DNA from: Lama guanicoe | Lineage: Eukaryota | Direction: 5' to 3' | Length of the DNA stretch: 64,000 nucleotides | Assembly (NCBI GenBank): GCA_013239625.1 | Contig: MU054391.1 | Coordinates: 5,167,824-5,231,823 of the forward strand | Shown here: positions 23,711 to 37,545 of the stretch, piece after piece | Position numbering within the stretch: position 1 is the stretch's first letter | Layout: each line of letters opens with the position of its first letter | The notes under the pieces: model-generated | Database searches by the model: none | What the model saw: only the letters and a program-made list of their open reading frames with translations | Told to the model about the DNA's origin: nothing | Position numbers and translations under genes: made by a program

Positions 23711-26324
23711 AGAAATGTAATGTGGTTCTGAAAATGGAGACTTTTTCTCATATTAAAAATACTACATCTTCATGTTTTTCATGAAGAAACTGAGGCCCAT
23801 ATCTTAAGTTAATAACTCAGGGATGATAGCATACATTTGATGCAGATGCTCTGACTAGTATCTGCTAATTAGACCAGAAGCTCTTAAACTCTGATGAAAG
23901 AGGAAAGAGTTGAATTAATTATATATAATCCCTCACTGTCCTACCTCAGATAACATCCATCCTATAAAGGTGATTCTTATGTCCTTGATTCTTAAAAACA
24001 TTTGTTGAGTACTTCCTATATTCACAAACTGGGGCAGGGGGCAGTTGCTATGAAGAGTAAATGATGCTCATAATCAAAAGAAGAAACAATCATGTATACA
24101 CGAAACAGAGAGGAAAGTGTTGTAAGAAAAGTGCTTCATCCTGCCTCACAGAAGTACTGTGACCCTGAGAGTGGAATTAACAATAGGCTAAATTATTTTA
24201 AAGATATTAGTAATACTAGTCTTAGAAATAATCACTAGCATGAAAGAGATTCAATATAGCAACCACATTTTAACAAGAGTTACTAACTTAGACCACGTTG
24301 TAAGGAGAGTTCATGTGTAATAAAATGACTGTCTACCAGTGTTCTCGTCCTGGCTTCAGAGCTCTCCCTCTCTAAACTGGCTATGGTAATTAAAGATTGC
24401 TAAAATGAAAATTTCCCTTCCCAGCTTATTTTTAACTCTGAATAAACCACTCAGAAGAAATGAATAATCTGCCAAGCTGCTTTTGTTTCATGAAAATGGT
24501 ATGTGTCATGAAATTATAGAGTTCTCAAGGCAGTGATTGTGCCTATTCTATGCCCTTTATGTCTTGGGATAACTTGGATGGTGAAGGTCATTGGACCATA
24601 CACATAATAAAAGCCCCAGTAACTGGCTGGCCTCGTTAAGCTCTTACAAGCTACCCCTAACCTGAGACCAAAAAATGAAATTCAGAAAGTCACCCTTTAA
24701 GACGTAACATGCTTCGATTAGGACATCATAAAGTAAGCTGAAAAGAGGTAACAAACACAGGAAGTACAGAGGTAGGAGTGCAGTCCGGAGCCACAGGAGT
24801 CCTGGCTCTGCTGTTCTCTGGCTCTGCGATGAACTGATAAGCCCTGTGACAATAAACTACTTACCTTCAGTTTCATTGTCTATACATTTGGACACTAAAA
24901 AACCAACTAATTTCAGTGATTCCCAGGGATTTCTGGAACTTCTTCTCCATCTCTCTGAGCCTACATTCCACCTGTGTTTATTTGAGTAAGAGGTGGAAAC
25001 AATTTTCAAATTGCATTGCTCTCCAGTTACTCCACTGGTTTCAGAACCACCTGTAGTTTATCTCTAATCAACCTTTCTTCTTGAAATGTCTCTTGTTCTC
25101 AATGACCTGTGATGAGTTCTACGTTACATCTGTGTGCCTTGGGGAAATATTTCATTTTCCTCATAGATGAATTGGGCTTTTCCACACTTAACGAAGTCTC
25201 AATGAAAAGAACACCCCCTTAGTGCGCATTTATTGTAAGTACACCATCTGAAACTCCCTGATCCTTAGGTACAGAAAAAAACTCTCAGCCCTCCCCATGT
25301 TTGCATAATGGCATTTGTGTCCACATTATGAAACATCTTAAAATCAAAATACTCACCGCAGGTTTTATCATAATCCCCATCTGCATGAGCAGCCCTGTTG
25401 CACCTACTTGGAGTACCACACAGGGTAAGAAGGCCTTATTGTCGCAGTTCTGCCTAATCAGGTGATTTTAGTTTATAATTTTAAGAAGAGTTATCTTCCT
25501 TACATATGTTGACATCTCACTGCTCTTCTAAATGGTCTAGTCTGGCAGCTAGGGGAGGAGTTATACCCCCAGCTCGGCTGTTGCCAACTCCGTAACAAAG
25601 AGAAAGTCTCCGGCCCACCAAAGAATTCTGTGTAGTCCCTCAGAAGCCTAGCCCTTTCAGCAAATTTTCCTCCTTATGGGTAAATGTGTCCAAAAAAACA
25701 TATTTTATTGTAGATGTTTTCACCTTAAAGCCTTCCCATATCACTGTCATTTTTCAGATGCGAGGTTTTGCTCCACAGATTACAATTCCAACGCTAGAGC
25801 CCTAAGCAGTGAAGACTTGACAATGAGAATCATCTCTACATGTAAATTCTAAGGTTACCACATCTAGCCCAGGCCCCTTGCTAAAGGACTTGCTCTCCTG
25901 GACTGTGACTCTTCTAGTTAGTCATGAGGGACCTGCTAAGGATTGTCTTTATAATCAGATAATGGCTTGGTTTCGATTTCATCAAATTATCTTTTAATTT
26001 AGTTTCCACTTGAAAGCTAATAGTTACTCTCTCTTATTTGGGTTTTCGTATGTAAATTCCAACCTAGGCTTAAAATACAGTATATCACAAGACAGTCCTT
26101 ATGAAAATCACAGCACATGAAAATTAAGGGGAAAATGAAAATGAAAGAGATACCAAATGTTCCCAAGTTAGTTTAAATCAACTGTATTACTAAATGTATA
26201 CGTAGTGGGTTGCCCCTTCCAAAATGAGGATACAGATCAGGTGGAAGTAACCACCAATGGAAGCCCCTCTCTTAGATTCCTCAGCTGAAATATTATCCCT
26301 AACTTTGTTGAGGCATCAAGAAAG

Positions 26325-26560
26325 TAGTATTATACAAAGTTTCAGGTAAAGAATTTGGGCCCTGGAAACAGATTGCCTAAGTTTGAAGCCTACTTATTAC
26401 TTAATTGATTTGGGGCAAGTGATTTAACCTCCTTGGGCCTCAATCTCCTCATCTATAAAGTGGGAATAATAATAATTTGTGCCATTCAAATAACTTAATG
26501 CACATATAGCACTTAATGCTTGTCATATTGTAAACTCAGTAAATATTAGCCATCATCACC
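26325..26560 (+). mobile_element. MIR
   Basis: GGGCAAGTGATTTAACCTCCTTGGGCCTCAATCTCCTCATCTATAAAGTGGGAATAATAATA. Confidence 0.8.
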
Positions 26561-27431
26561 TCCATCATCAACATCCTCCTCACCATTATTATTACAGGGA
26601 TTGCTGGCCTCACAGTATACAGTCACATTTCCCGTGGGTACCACATACAAAGTCAAAGTGTAGATTAGCAACAAAGGTTGGTTTAGCTTCTCTCTCCAAA
26701 TTGAGAGGGGGCAAAAAAAAAACAAGGGCTAAGATTTGGAGTATAAAGAGGACATGAACTTTAATGATTTATTACAGTCCTGGCCTATCTCATCTGAAAG
26801 CATTAACAGAGCTTTATATTTACAAAAATAATGACAACCAGGTTTAAACTTTTCCTTCTTTTTAGATGCTGAAATATATTATGGTAAGTTATATTATTTT
26901 GTTTTTTAACTGTCAGTATCTATTTTGAGACTTTACAACCTACACAGTAGGAAAAGGATGAAAAAAAGGCAAACAGTAATTTATGTAAGAATTTCATGGG
27001 TAAGAACCAAGCAAATGAATGTATGATTTATACATTGGTGTATTACTTTGTGACACATTTAAAAATTATTCCTCTGATTGATGATTTTGAAAATTCCAGG
27101 TAGCATTAGACTTCATCTTTCCATACAGTACTTCTTAAATAAAATACCATCTCTGAATCCACAGATATTTATCTTTTTTTGGGGGTTAGCATCCAGCTGG
27201 TAACCAATGAAATAATCTTACATTATTCTAGGACAGGAGCCAGGAACTTGATCTTATTGCATAAAGCTACTCCATTCCTCTTTGTATAAAATATATTCAG
27301 CTACTGGTCCCTAGATACTCAGTTGAAAGAACACATAAAATTGTTCCCTTTGGAGTTGCTTGAGTGTCACTAACAAATAAATTAAAAGAAAAATAAAATC
27401 AACTCCAGTGTATTGGACACAATCCAACAAG

Positions 27432-28530
27432 TCAGTGTATCTCAGAGGCTTCCACAGAACCACCTTAAAATCACCCAGGATATTTGCTTCAAATCCAGAT
27501 TCTTGGACAACACCAAACATATAAAGAATCAGAATTTTTAAAAAGAAGAATTATAAATAAAAATGCTCAATATCACTAATTATCAGAAAAATGCAAATCA
27601 AAACTACAGTGAGGTATTACCTCACACCACCGAAAATAGTCATCATTTAAAAAGTCTACAAATAATAAATGCTGCGGAGGGTGTGGAGAAAAAGCAACCC
27701 TCCTACACTGTTGGTGGGAATGTAGTTTTGTGCAGCCACTATGGAGAACAGTATGGAGGTTCCTTAAAAAGCTAAAAGTAGAGTTACCATATGATCTAGT
27801 AGTCCCACTCCTGGGCAGATACCCAGAGAAAACTGTAATTCAAAAAGATATATGCACCCCAGTGTTCACAGCAGCACTATTTACAATAGCCAAGGCACAG
27901 AAGTAACCTAAATGCCCGTCAATAGAAGAACGGATAAAGAAGATATGGTATATGTGTGTGTGTGTGTGTGTGTGTAATATTACTCAGCCATAAAGAAGAA
28001 TGAAATTAATGCCATTTGCAGCAACAGGGATGGACCTAGAGATGATCATATTAAGTGAAGAAAGTCAAAGACAAATATTATGATATCACTTATATGTGGC
28101 ACCTAAAAAAATGATACAAATGAACTTATTTACAAACTAGAAATAGACTCATACACATAGAAAATCAAACTATGGTTACCAAAGGGGAAAGGTTGGGGGG
28201 GTGATAAATTAGGAGTTTGGGATTAGCAGATACAAACTACTATACATAAAATAGATAAATGACAAGGACTTATTGTGTAGCACAGGGAACTGTATTCAGT
28301 ATCTTGTAATAACTTATAATGGAAAAGAATCTGAAAAAGTATATATATATAAACTTTGCTATACACCTAAAACTAACACAACATTGTAAATCAACCATAC
28401 CTCAATAAAAATTTTGTTTAATTTAAGAAAAAAGGGGAAGAAGAATTATAATTTATAGGGCAGGGCCCTGGAATCTGCATTTTACCAAAGTGTAATTCTT
28501 AAGCATACACTGAAGTTTAAGAACCATTGC
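27432..28530. mobile_element. MER5-like MITE split by an L1 insertion (halves about 27432-27556 and 28438-28530)
   Basis: CAGTGTATCTCAGA...AATCACCCAGG...CAGATTCTTGG...GAATCAGAAT on the left; GGGCCCTGGAATCTGCATTTTA...AAGTTTAAGAACCATTG on the right. Confidence 0.7.
27557..28437 (+). mobile_element. L1 LINE 3' part with perfect 14-bp TSD; internal (TG)n at 27953-27975
   Basis: L1 ORF2 end and 3' UTR (AAATGCAAATCAAAACTACAGTGAGGTATTACCTCACACC...); TSD AAGAAGAATTATAA at 27543-27556 and 28438-28451. Confidence 0.93.
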
Positions 28531-29199
28531 TCTAGGCTCTTACTGTCTTAAGAACTTCATTTTAATTCAGCAAATACAGAAATAATTCACAGGTGCTGAC
28601 TTATACCAGAACAAGTAATTTAATAGGTTTTAAGTGTCTTTACAATTTACAAATAATGAATCCATAACCCTTTTCCTATGTCAAAACGTTAACTAAATCC
28701 ACTAATACTAAATTAGTACTAGTAACTATGATAGCTAATATTTCTAGACTTATTTTGTTATTAAGTGTAATCAAAATGAAATGCTCAGAGTAAATTCTAG
28801 TTGATTGTATATGTGTAATAAAGAGAAAGATATAAATATTCCTCCATATTTTTGATAAAAGTGTTTTCTTACAAACATCAAAAATCTGCCAACTATGAGA
28901 GCCTGAGTTTCACAGCCAGCATTGGCCAATATAACATTCAAATGATAAAGCATTTGGACCAGGAAGAGAATCTGGAAATAAGAGGGAATTCATTTACCAC
29001 AGTATTTGGTTTTTAAGAGGCTCACTTAGATCAAAAGCTATCAACAACGTGCATATGTAAAGTCCTTGCCAAGAAATGGTATATCTAAGATCTTCCATAA
29101 AAGAAAAGGAACTATAGATAAACATGAACAAGACCACCTAGGGAGAAAATGAAAAAAGAAGCAGTAAAGAGGTCTTAGAACAATGCAGACTTTTTTTCT

Positions 29200-31030
29200 C
29201 TTGCTTTTATTTTTCGAATTTCATTTCATTTTTATTTTTCATAAAGTAATACATGTGCAAGTTAAAAAATCAAAGAGCACTGTATTTAAGGAAAAAAGAA
29301 AGTCCCCTGTCCTCCTTCTCCCCCTCCTGCTTTGCTTCCCATCATCAACATTATCAGCTGTTAACTGTCTCTGTTGGTGTTGCCCTCTATGTTTCTTTTA
29401 AGAAAATGTTTATACTGTTATTTCAAGACTTTCTCATTTCAAACAGTATGTATTGACCACCTTACTATAGAAGATAAGAATACACCTCTTTTCCCATACT
29501 CCCTCCAACCCTATCCTCAAATATATTGTATCACTACTCTGGGTTAAATAAATATCCAGTTTCCATTGTTATGACCTCATAAATATTGTTCAAAGATAAG
29601 TCACATAGTATACTATGATTATGTTTCCATTTCTCTACTACTTTGTATTTTTCCTGGAGTTAACATTTGCCTTTTCATCTTCCTCATTCAGTTTTCTATG
29701 TAACTATCATGAATTTATCTCCAAATCCTACCACACAACTTTAAACCTTCTATCACCATGATCATGTGCATTGTGTAATCTATCTGTTCCATGTCTTTCT
29801 AGATGTCCTAGAACACGTTTCTCCTGTTCCATTCTGGATTGACTGCTCTCTAAATTCTAAAGCAAGCCTTTCAGCCTAGGATTGTGTGTGTGTGCGTGTG
29901 AAATGGAAGGACTCCTTTCACTTCTGCATTGGAACACGTGGATGTTGCACAGCCAAGAACAACACTCAGTCACACCACTGGACTGTTCGAATAGTAACCA
30001 CCCCCCCCAACACCTGCCCACACCACTACCACCTGCTGTTTGGTACTTACGATTCCAGGGGTCAGAAGGTATATGCATTCTCAACAGAGGCAATATTGCC
30101 TCAATAGGGGCAAATTTTGTTTTGGAGGAATGGGGAGGCTACAAAAACTTGCCTTTTAAAATACAAAACACATACATATGGTACATAAACCGATGTATAG
30201 TGTATCTGTGGTATTTAAATTCATGAGGGGGACTAATTAGGGGAGAAAAGTCTGAAAAAGCTCCTCAGGGGAGCAATAAAAAAAGGAAAAAGGTTGAGAA
30301 ACGCTGAGACAGTACAGCCTTTGCCACAGATGCCCCAGAATAGCGGATACCCCACGTACATGTCACCTCACATATCTCCACCTTCCAAGTCTCTCCTGCA
30401 TGAGTTTGCTTGATGCGACCTTGGTAACACGCAAGGGAGCCTGGGAAATACGGTTTTAGCTTTCTAGTGTTTAAAGCAAAGGCTACCAGGAAGGAGAGGG
30501 TGGGAGTTGAGTGCACCAACCTGTAGCATCTACCAACGCCGGATCTAGAATTTTACATTGAGACCATTTTGCACTTAGAATTTTGAAGCCATTGCTCCGT
30601 TTTCTTGTAAGTTCCAATGATGCTGTTAAGAAATGCCACTTTAATTCCTGATTCTTTGTACGTGAACTGTTTTGTTTTTTTTTTTTTCCTTCCTCCTTTG
30701 GAAGCTTTTTGGATATTCTTTTTATATCATTGATGTCCTCAAGTTTTAGTGATGTGTCTTGAGGTGAGTCTTTTCTATTCACTGTGCTGAGTATTTTGTG
30801 GGCCCTTTCATTCTAGAAACATGATCTTCAATTCAGGCAAAACTTCTGGTATCTTTAGTATTTTTCTCCCCTTCTTTATCTCTGCTCGCTCTTTATGGAA
30901 TTCTTAGTTGTAAGATACTGGGCTTCCTGGATTGATTCTCTAATTTCCCCTCCTATTTTCCAGCTCTTTGTCTTTTCTTATGTAAGACTTTCTCAATTTT
31001 ATCTTCCAACTTTCTCTTAATTTACTGATT
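29200..31030 (-). mobile_element. Old L1M/HAL1-type fragments
   Basis: T-rich decayed sequence, e.g. TTTTGAAGCCATTGCTCCGTTTTCTTG...TGCTGTTAAGAAAT...TTCCTGATTCTTTGTA. Interrupted by other repeats. Confidence 0.5.
30072..30306 (-). mobile_element. hAT-Charlie MITE (MER112-like)
   Basis: Terminal inverted repeats TATGCATTCTCAAC / GTTGAGAAACGCTG; 8-bp flanks AGAAGGTA / AGACAGTA (degenerate TSD). Confidence 0.7.
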
Positions 31031-33837
31031 TTTTTCTTCAAATATTTTTCATTAAACCACTTACAAAAATATACACATTTCCCTCACTGAAAATTCTTGT
31101 AATAAAAATGTAACAAAATGAGATAACAGTGAAATATGCTTCACACATTAAAAAATTTCCTGTTTGAAGAAAGGGAATTTTGCACAACAAAAGAAAACAA
31201 GCACTCAGAATACACCCAGACCTGTGTGCAAAGAAGCGCCCATCAACTAGCTGGCGGAATGTTTTGTTTGCATGATTACTAACCACTTATGAAACAGAAG
31301 GGAGAATATTAGGAAATGTGAGACCTACCTCATGTTCCTGATTTTCACAATACCAGCGCTCACCTCACAACAGCATCTTCATTGAATCTAACGGTTAAAT
31401 GTTCCCAAAGTAAAACGCAGACGATTCTTAGAGCCTGCTAAGCAGGTTTTGCTGAAATAGTGGATTTCACTATAATTACAAAGAGAATCTGACTCAACTT
31501 GCAGTAAAATAGCATGAGTTATAAACACCAAACAAGTATCACAAGAATAATAACCTGTGCATAATCAAGTATTGATCTAAACCATGTTCTAATTGAACTG
31601 AATGCTCATTAAATCAGTCAGCTTTACATATCATAAGACACAACACCATATCAAAGAATATGAATTCACAACAGTTTCCAAATATCTAACCCCAAGTTAA
31701 TATTTGTATACTTGTTAAGAATCACAGTTTACTTAGAAAAGAAAAACAGAAACACACGTGCATCTCTATAATTTAAAATATTTTATATTACACACGAACA
31801 ATGGTCAGAATTACGTTTTGAACCAAGTTTAATTTTTCTAAGTTACATTTATGTCATCAAGTCTTTCTTATAAAGATCATTATTAAGTGTATGAATTAAA
31901 CAAACTTATAGGCGTATATTCAATGCCAAATTTCCACCTGTTAGATATGAAAGTAAAAACCTCTCCTGAATAAAGATATTTGTCAAAATTTTGTCAGACA
32001 AACAGTTTAGTGAAAAAATTTGATCTTCATCTTAAAATGTATCAGTCTCATGATAAGCTCGTGGGCTTCCAAGTTGAAATACATCTTGGATTTCTAGAGA
32101 AGAGCCATTCTTTATTTAATAGGAGAATGGTGGGTTATAAACTCACCAATGTATTGAAAATCCACTGGTGTCAGAAAAACCAATACTGCTTCCGAAGATG
32201 TGGGCAGTGGTTTATATCATGGATATAAATTTCACAAAATATTACTTCTCCATAATGGTATTGCTATAGAAGGTAAAATGCAACTTTGACCTTGGGCAGT
32301 GGTCTCATCTGATGGTCCGTGTAGTATATTTGATTCTATATGTACAAACCAAACATTTACTCCCCAAGATATATTCACAAAGTCAAAAATTATATTTTTA
32401 TTTAGAGAAGTAACAGTGATAGAGACAAATAAGTCATCATTCTTTGCTGTGAAAAAGGTAGAAATTCGGAACAATATTTTCACGCGTGGCCATTTTGATT
32501 TCTGTAAGAACTTACGGCACAACATGAAATTCTCATCAACCTTAAAAAAGTAGCAATGGAAACAACAAGGCCAATTGTGGAAAGTTTCCTCTATCCCCAC
32601 TATATTCCATTAACCAATATAAGGCACAAAAGCAGTGATGCAGTGGAGGAAAATTAGAGCTCAAAGGAGACACAGAATTATGCAAAAGAAGACTACTCCT
32701 GAGGTCATAACTGTTTTAGTCGACTACACACATATTCCCATGTGGAGAACTAAATAAATCTGATTCAGCCTGGATGGATAAGCAAAATCAGCATTAATGA
32801 TCCCAGTAATAGAAATTTTACAAACTCCACTTTTGCCTTTAAAACTTCCACAGATGAAGGGATCAAGATGAAAGCGACTCACTGATATAACTGAGGATCT
32901 CACTGAGTTTTTTGAGACTATATTAAAAATTCATATGAAGTGCATGAAATTAATGTTTCCCTAAGTGTTAGCTATTGTCCATTTATTCATTTACTGACAA
33001 AACATTTGTGTTTACTGAAGAGATAATAGGAATGTGCCTAATGGCATTTCTGTGAACGGGAACCCTCCTTCACTTTGTGTCTAACCTCAGTGCACCTGCT
33101 ACTCAGTTCTCATGTACATTATAGGAGCTTTGCCTTTCAGAAAGCATGCAGGTCAATTAAACATAACATTTTATTGGCTGAAATTTTGTTTGTAGATATA
33201 AATAAAACTTAGAGTATATTTTGCTATTATACCAGTGGATCAAATTTATTCACAAACAGCTGACACCTTTTAAAATTCTAATCTAATTAGATAGATATGA
33301 AATAGGCAAAAATCAAATTAAAAGAGAGGACTTACTTCAATCAATAAAATAAAGGGACTCGTTTTATGTCCGTTAATCTTTCTGTAACAAAATATGTACT
33401 TGAATGAGAGACATCTGGTAGCTTCAACCTGAAAACTGAACGATTTTTAACCTTGAGATGGAGGGAAAAAGACTGGAACTCTCCTTTGGGGCTTTTGCTC
33501 AAAATCATCAGGGTCAATAATAACGAAATGAAAAGCTACTGATTGAACATCAAACTGCCAAGGACTTCAGGCACACTTAATCACCTCAACCAAGCATCCT
33601 ACAAGGATGTTTCATAGGCCACAGGGAAGCTGGGTGGAATGTGGCTAAATTGATATAAAACCAACTTAACTGCTGGAAAAAAATAACTTCAAGTGTGTGG
33701 GGTCTAGATTATCAACTTCTTAGTGCCTCAGTCCACAATTAGCACGGGATTCATGGTGAAGAAAGAATGTCACCAAAATGAAACAAGTACAAGGATCTGT
33801 GTGTGATTCAACAGATATGCTCAAAATGTCACTCCCA

Positions 33838-33977
33838 GGAGAGGGTACAGCTCAGTGGTAGAGCGCGTGCTTAGCATGTACGAGGTCCTGGGTTCAATCC
33901 CCAGTACCTCCATTAAGCAGTAAATAAACCTAATTACCTCCCCACAAAAGAAAAAAAGAACAGAAAATATTCCCATT
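33838..33977 (+). mobile_element. tRNA-Ala-derived SINE (camelid Vic-1 type)
   Basis: GAGGGTACAGCTCAGTGGTAGAGC (A box)...GGTTCAATCCC (B box), then TAAATAAACCTAATTACCTCCCC and an A-rich tail; degenerate TSD AAAATGTCACTCC / AAAAAGTCATTCC. Confidence 0.9.
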
Positions 33978-34599
33978 AAAAAGTCATTCCTAAGATTTTT
34001 GGACTCCCAAAATTGTTGAATTGTTTTTAATAGCTGCAGCCTGCTATGCTATGAAGCATTTTTTTAATATATAGAAACTGATATTCTAATTCCTAATTTG
34101 TTTACAAGATATTTCTAGAATATAAAATTGCTTCAATGTAGCCAAGTATTTAACCACTGGTTTTAGAACAGGAAAAGCCTCCTGTAGCCCTCCAATTTAA
34201 CAAATGGAGAAACAGGCACAGAGATGTATATTAACATGCCCAAGTTCCCAGAGTAGTTGAGTAGCAGAGCGGAGACCTCAAGCCCCATCTTCCCTTCCAG
34301 AGCTCTCTCCAGGCTGTGCAGAGCCTCCTCTGTGCCAGCGTTCTACAGCGGACACAAGAGAGTTATAGAGAGCGAGATACAGCCTTCCACATCCAAAGCA
34401 ACCTGAAACAGCTTGTATTTAACAATACAAGACTGTACTTAATAAATAAAAAAACCAAAAGCAAAACTGTAAAGTGCTCTAGGTGTTCAGAGAAAGGAGA
34501 TAACGTAGGTTTGAGGACTGAAAAATTGCTTCATGGACTATATCTTAGCACAGTAGAACTTCTAACTTGTTATCTGGAAATCATTTTAGTCTTAAAGTA

Positions 34600-36210
34600 A
34601 TCACAAATATTTAAAATGTGCAAGGAATGCTTATGTACCCTTCATTCAGATTCAGATCTACATATTGTTAACATTTTTCCCCATTTGCTTTATCCTTTGC
34701 ATAATTTATGTATTCATTCACCCATTCACTTATTTTTCACACATTTTTTTCTGAATCACTTACACTAAGTTACATCCATTATGACTTTTTCGCCCTACAT
34801 ACTTCAGTATATATTTCTTAAGATTAGGAATTTTCTCTTAAATAACCACAATGCCGTTATCAACTTCATAAACTGTTACTAGAGAATGCATTTCTCTAAT
34901 CTACCAATCTACAATCCATCTTTCAATTTTGTCAGTTGATCGCATAGCATTTTTAAATCTTAGGACGTCTTCCCAGTCCAGGATCCCAGTCTAAGATCAG
35001 GTATTACTGTGAGTTACCAGGTCTCTTTAGTCTCGATCAGTCTGGAGCTTATCCACAGCCTTCCCCTGTCTTTCAGAACATGAAGACTTTTGAAGATGAC
35101 GGTTCCAGCTCCCACTACCTTTTCCATGTTTAACGTAACAGTCCGCATTTTGTGCTTATTTCCTGTCTCTTTGTGGTTGCATCTGGAGAATGTTGTTTAG
35201 ACTTGTTTGCAGTCTTTGCACATGATAGCCATCTCTCCTTCACAAGCAATGTTCATTTTAATCACCTGGTCAAGATGTTGTCCAATTCCCCTCTCTAAAA
35301 TTATGCTGATTTCTCTCCCTTGCAACCAATAAAGTTATATTAGGATGTGATATGTTAAGATCTTGCACACATTTTGCTTCACATCAATATTTATCTTAAA
35401 CTTAGGGGCCATTGATTTCTGGAGCCAATCTTTACCATGATGGTTGCCAAATGGGGATTTTCCAAATCCAGCACTCCCACCTCATTTAACGATTGGCTTC
35501 AGCATTCTGATTAAAGAGGAGCCCTCCCTCCTCACCCATCTGTTAATTGATTGACTTATCTTTTTCTTTCCTTCCTCCTTCCTTTCTTTCTTGTCTATTT
35601 ATTATAAAATAATATAACAATGATTTCCTATTTTTAAATGGTTTATAATTCATTATTATATTTAATTATTTGGGGGCAACCTGTCCCAGATTTGGCCATT
35701 GGGGGACTTCATGCTGGCAGCTATGACCTTAGGATATGCCCCTATAATTTTTTGGAGTACTTCCTTACTTCCTGGCATACGGAAGAATTTCTGGAACAAG
35801 TTCCGGGCCCACCTCAAGCCTGCTCTGCCCCAGCCCTGGGGAGGAAATAACCTGGGAAGAGTCAGGCTCTTCTATGTGAAACTTTGGGCAGCTCCTGAGG
35901 ATGGGTAGGAGAGAATGGAAACTAGCAGTCTCGGTTTGGCCAATTGCATACCGGGGGTGATGTTTACCATCCCTCCATCCTCGGGATTTCCTTTCCACTG
36001 GTGTTAGATCTAGAACCTTCATCAGGTCCAGGTTGGTTTTGCGGGGCAAGAATCTTCCACAGGTGGGAGCGCGTGATTCCACCTGCATCGCGCCAGGAGA
36101 CAGAGTAGGTGGATGTTTCTTTTTTGGCGACGTTAAAGCGGGTTCAGGTGTTAACAGCCTAGTCCTTCCTTTACAGTGTCCCCTCGTCAGCCTCTGAATG
36201 AATGATTTTA
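34600..36210 (-). mobile_element. L1MC-type LINE 3' region
   Basis: TGTACCCTTCATTCAGATTC...TACTTCAGTATATATTTCTTAAG...TGTCCCAGATTTGGCCA...CTGCCCCAGCCCTGG...GTTAGATCTAGA...GGTTCAGGTG. Confidence 0.75.
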
Positions 36211-37401
36211 TGGCTGTGAGTTATTTTCAGTTTTTTTGCCTTGATAATTTGGTGCCATCACATCTTTCATATTCCCTAACTAAAAGCTAAGTTTTGCCCA
36301 GAAACAAATCTTCATCTTGAGTAGAGAATCTTGAGTAGAGAATCGTCATCTCCATTTATTCAGGATCTCGCTGACTCACCTCCAGTAAGACGCCCTTGGG
36401 TCTCACTTTCCTCCTCCATAAGATGAGGAAGTTGCTAGACAGTCTCTAAATTATTTTCTAACGCCAAAATTGTGCGGTTGTAATTTCCCCAGGTTGTCAT
36501 AGGAGTGATACAGCTTCCAGAAGCGATATTGCCTTTGCCCAGATTGATAAGGTTCCACCCTCTTCCCTGTCTACACAGCTTTCAAGGGTAAGAAACCCGG
36601 AGGGAAAATTTGTGTTGTTTCTGTTGACACATGAACTGAATTTGGATACTTCAACTGCTGATACTGCGGTAACAGTCTTGCCAGTTCCAAATTGCAAAAC
36701 CAGTATTACTATTCTACAGGCAGCAGATAAAACAACTCTATCAGTTAAGCAAGCTCTATGAATTTTTTTTGGAATGATATTTGACATTTGAGCCAATTAG
36801 GTATCTTTGAGATTTTAAAAGAAAACAGTCCTGAGGGCCCTGGGTCAGGGAGAACTTTATTTGCTACTTCTGATTTTTGCATGACAGTAACTGTGGTTTT
36901 CTTACCATCTTTAGCTGCCTGAACTTTCCACTAGTGACGGTGACCTCACCCCAAAGCCTACAGCTATATATATGGTCCATATATTTCTTGAAATATAAAC
37001 AGAATAAAGCATTTTATTTACCTTATATGCATACGATTTGCAATATCCGTATATTTACAATACGTGTCAGGTGACTAGCTGTACCCTCAGATGAGTGATT
37101 TAACATTCACGCAGAGAAGAGACAATGTAAAGCGTGGCTTTCAGTTAAAAGACAAAGCAAGTGCATGTTGAAAGAGCCACAGGAAAGGGAGACAGGTTTC
37201 TCCTAAGGAATGCCTGCCTTTGTAAAGTGAGCACAGAGATACTCAACTCTGTCCTGTAAGGTTGGACTGCGATGAACCCGATGAACCTTCTACCCAACTT
37301 TCATGAACCAGATTGTCCTTCAATATGGAGAAACGTGGTCTGGTGAGAGCCAGCAACATAACCCTTCGTTTCATTTGGTAAATCTAAACTCCCTGAAAAG
37401 A

Positions 37402-37545
37402 CTTTTTTTAATTTTAAAAATTTATTTATTTGTTTGTTTTGGGGGGTGTGTAATTAGGTTTTATTTATTTGTATGGAGGTACCGGGGATTGAACCCAGGA
37501 CCTCATGCATGCTAAGCATGTGCTCTACCACTGAGCTTTCCCCTT
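37402..37545 (-). mobile_element. tRNA-Ala-derived SINE (Vic-1 type) with TSD
   Basis: Reverse-complement SINE head GGATTGAACCCAGGACCTCATGCATGCTAAGCATGTGCTCTACCACTGAGCT; TSD TCCCTGAAAAGA at 37390 and 37545. Confidence 0.92.

Noticed and set aside
33841..33912. tRNA-Ala gene call (also at 37475-37545, 55281-55356, 61578-61650)
   Set aside because: All four are followed by the same SINE body and A-rich tail, three with TSD-like flanks, so they are SINEs rather than tRNA genes.
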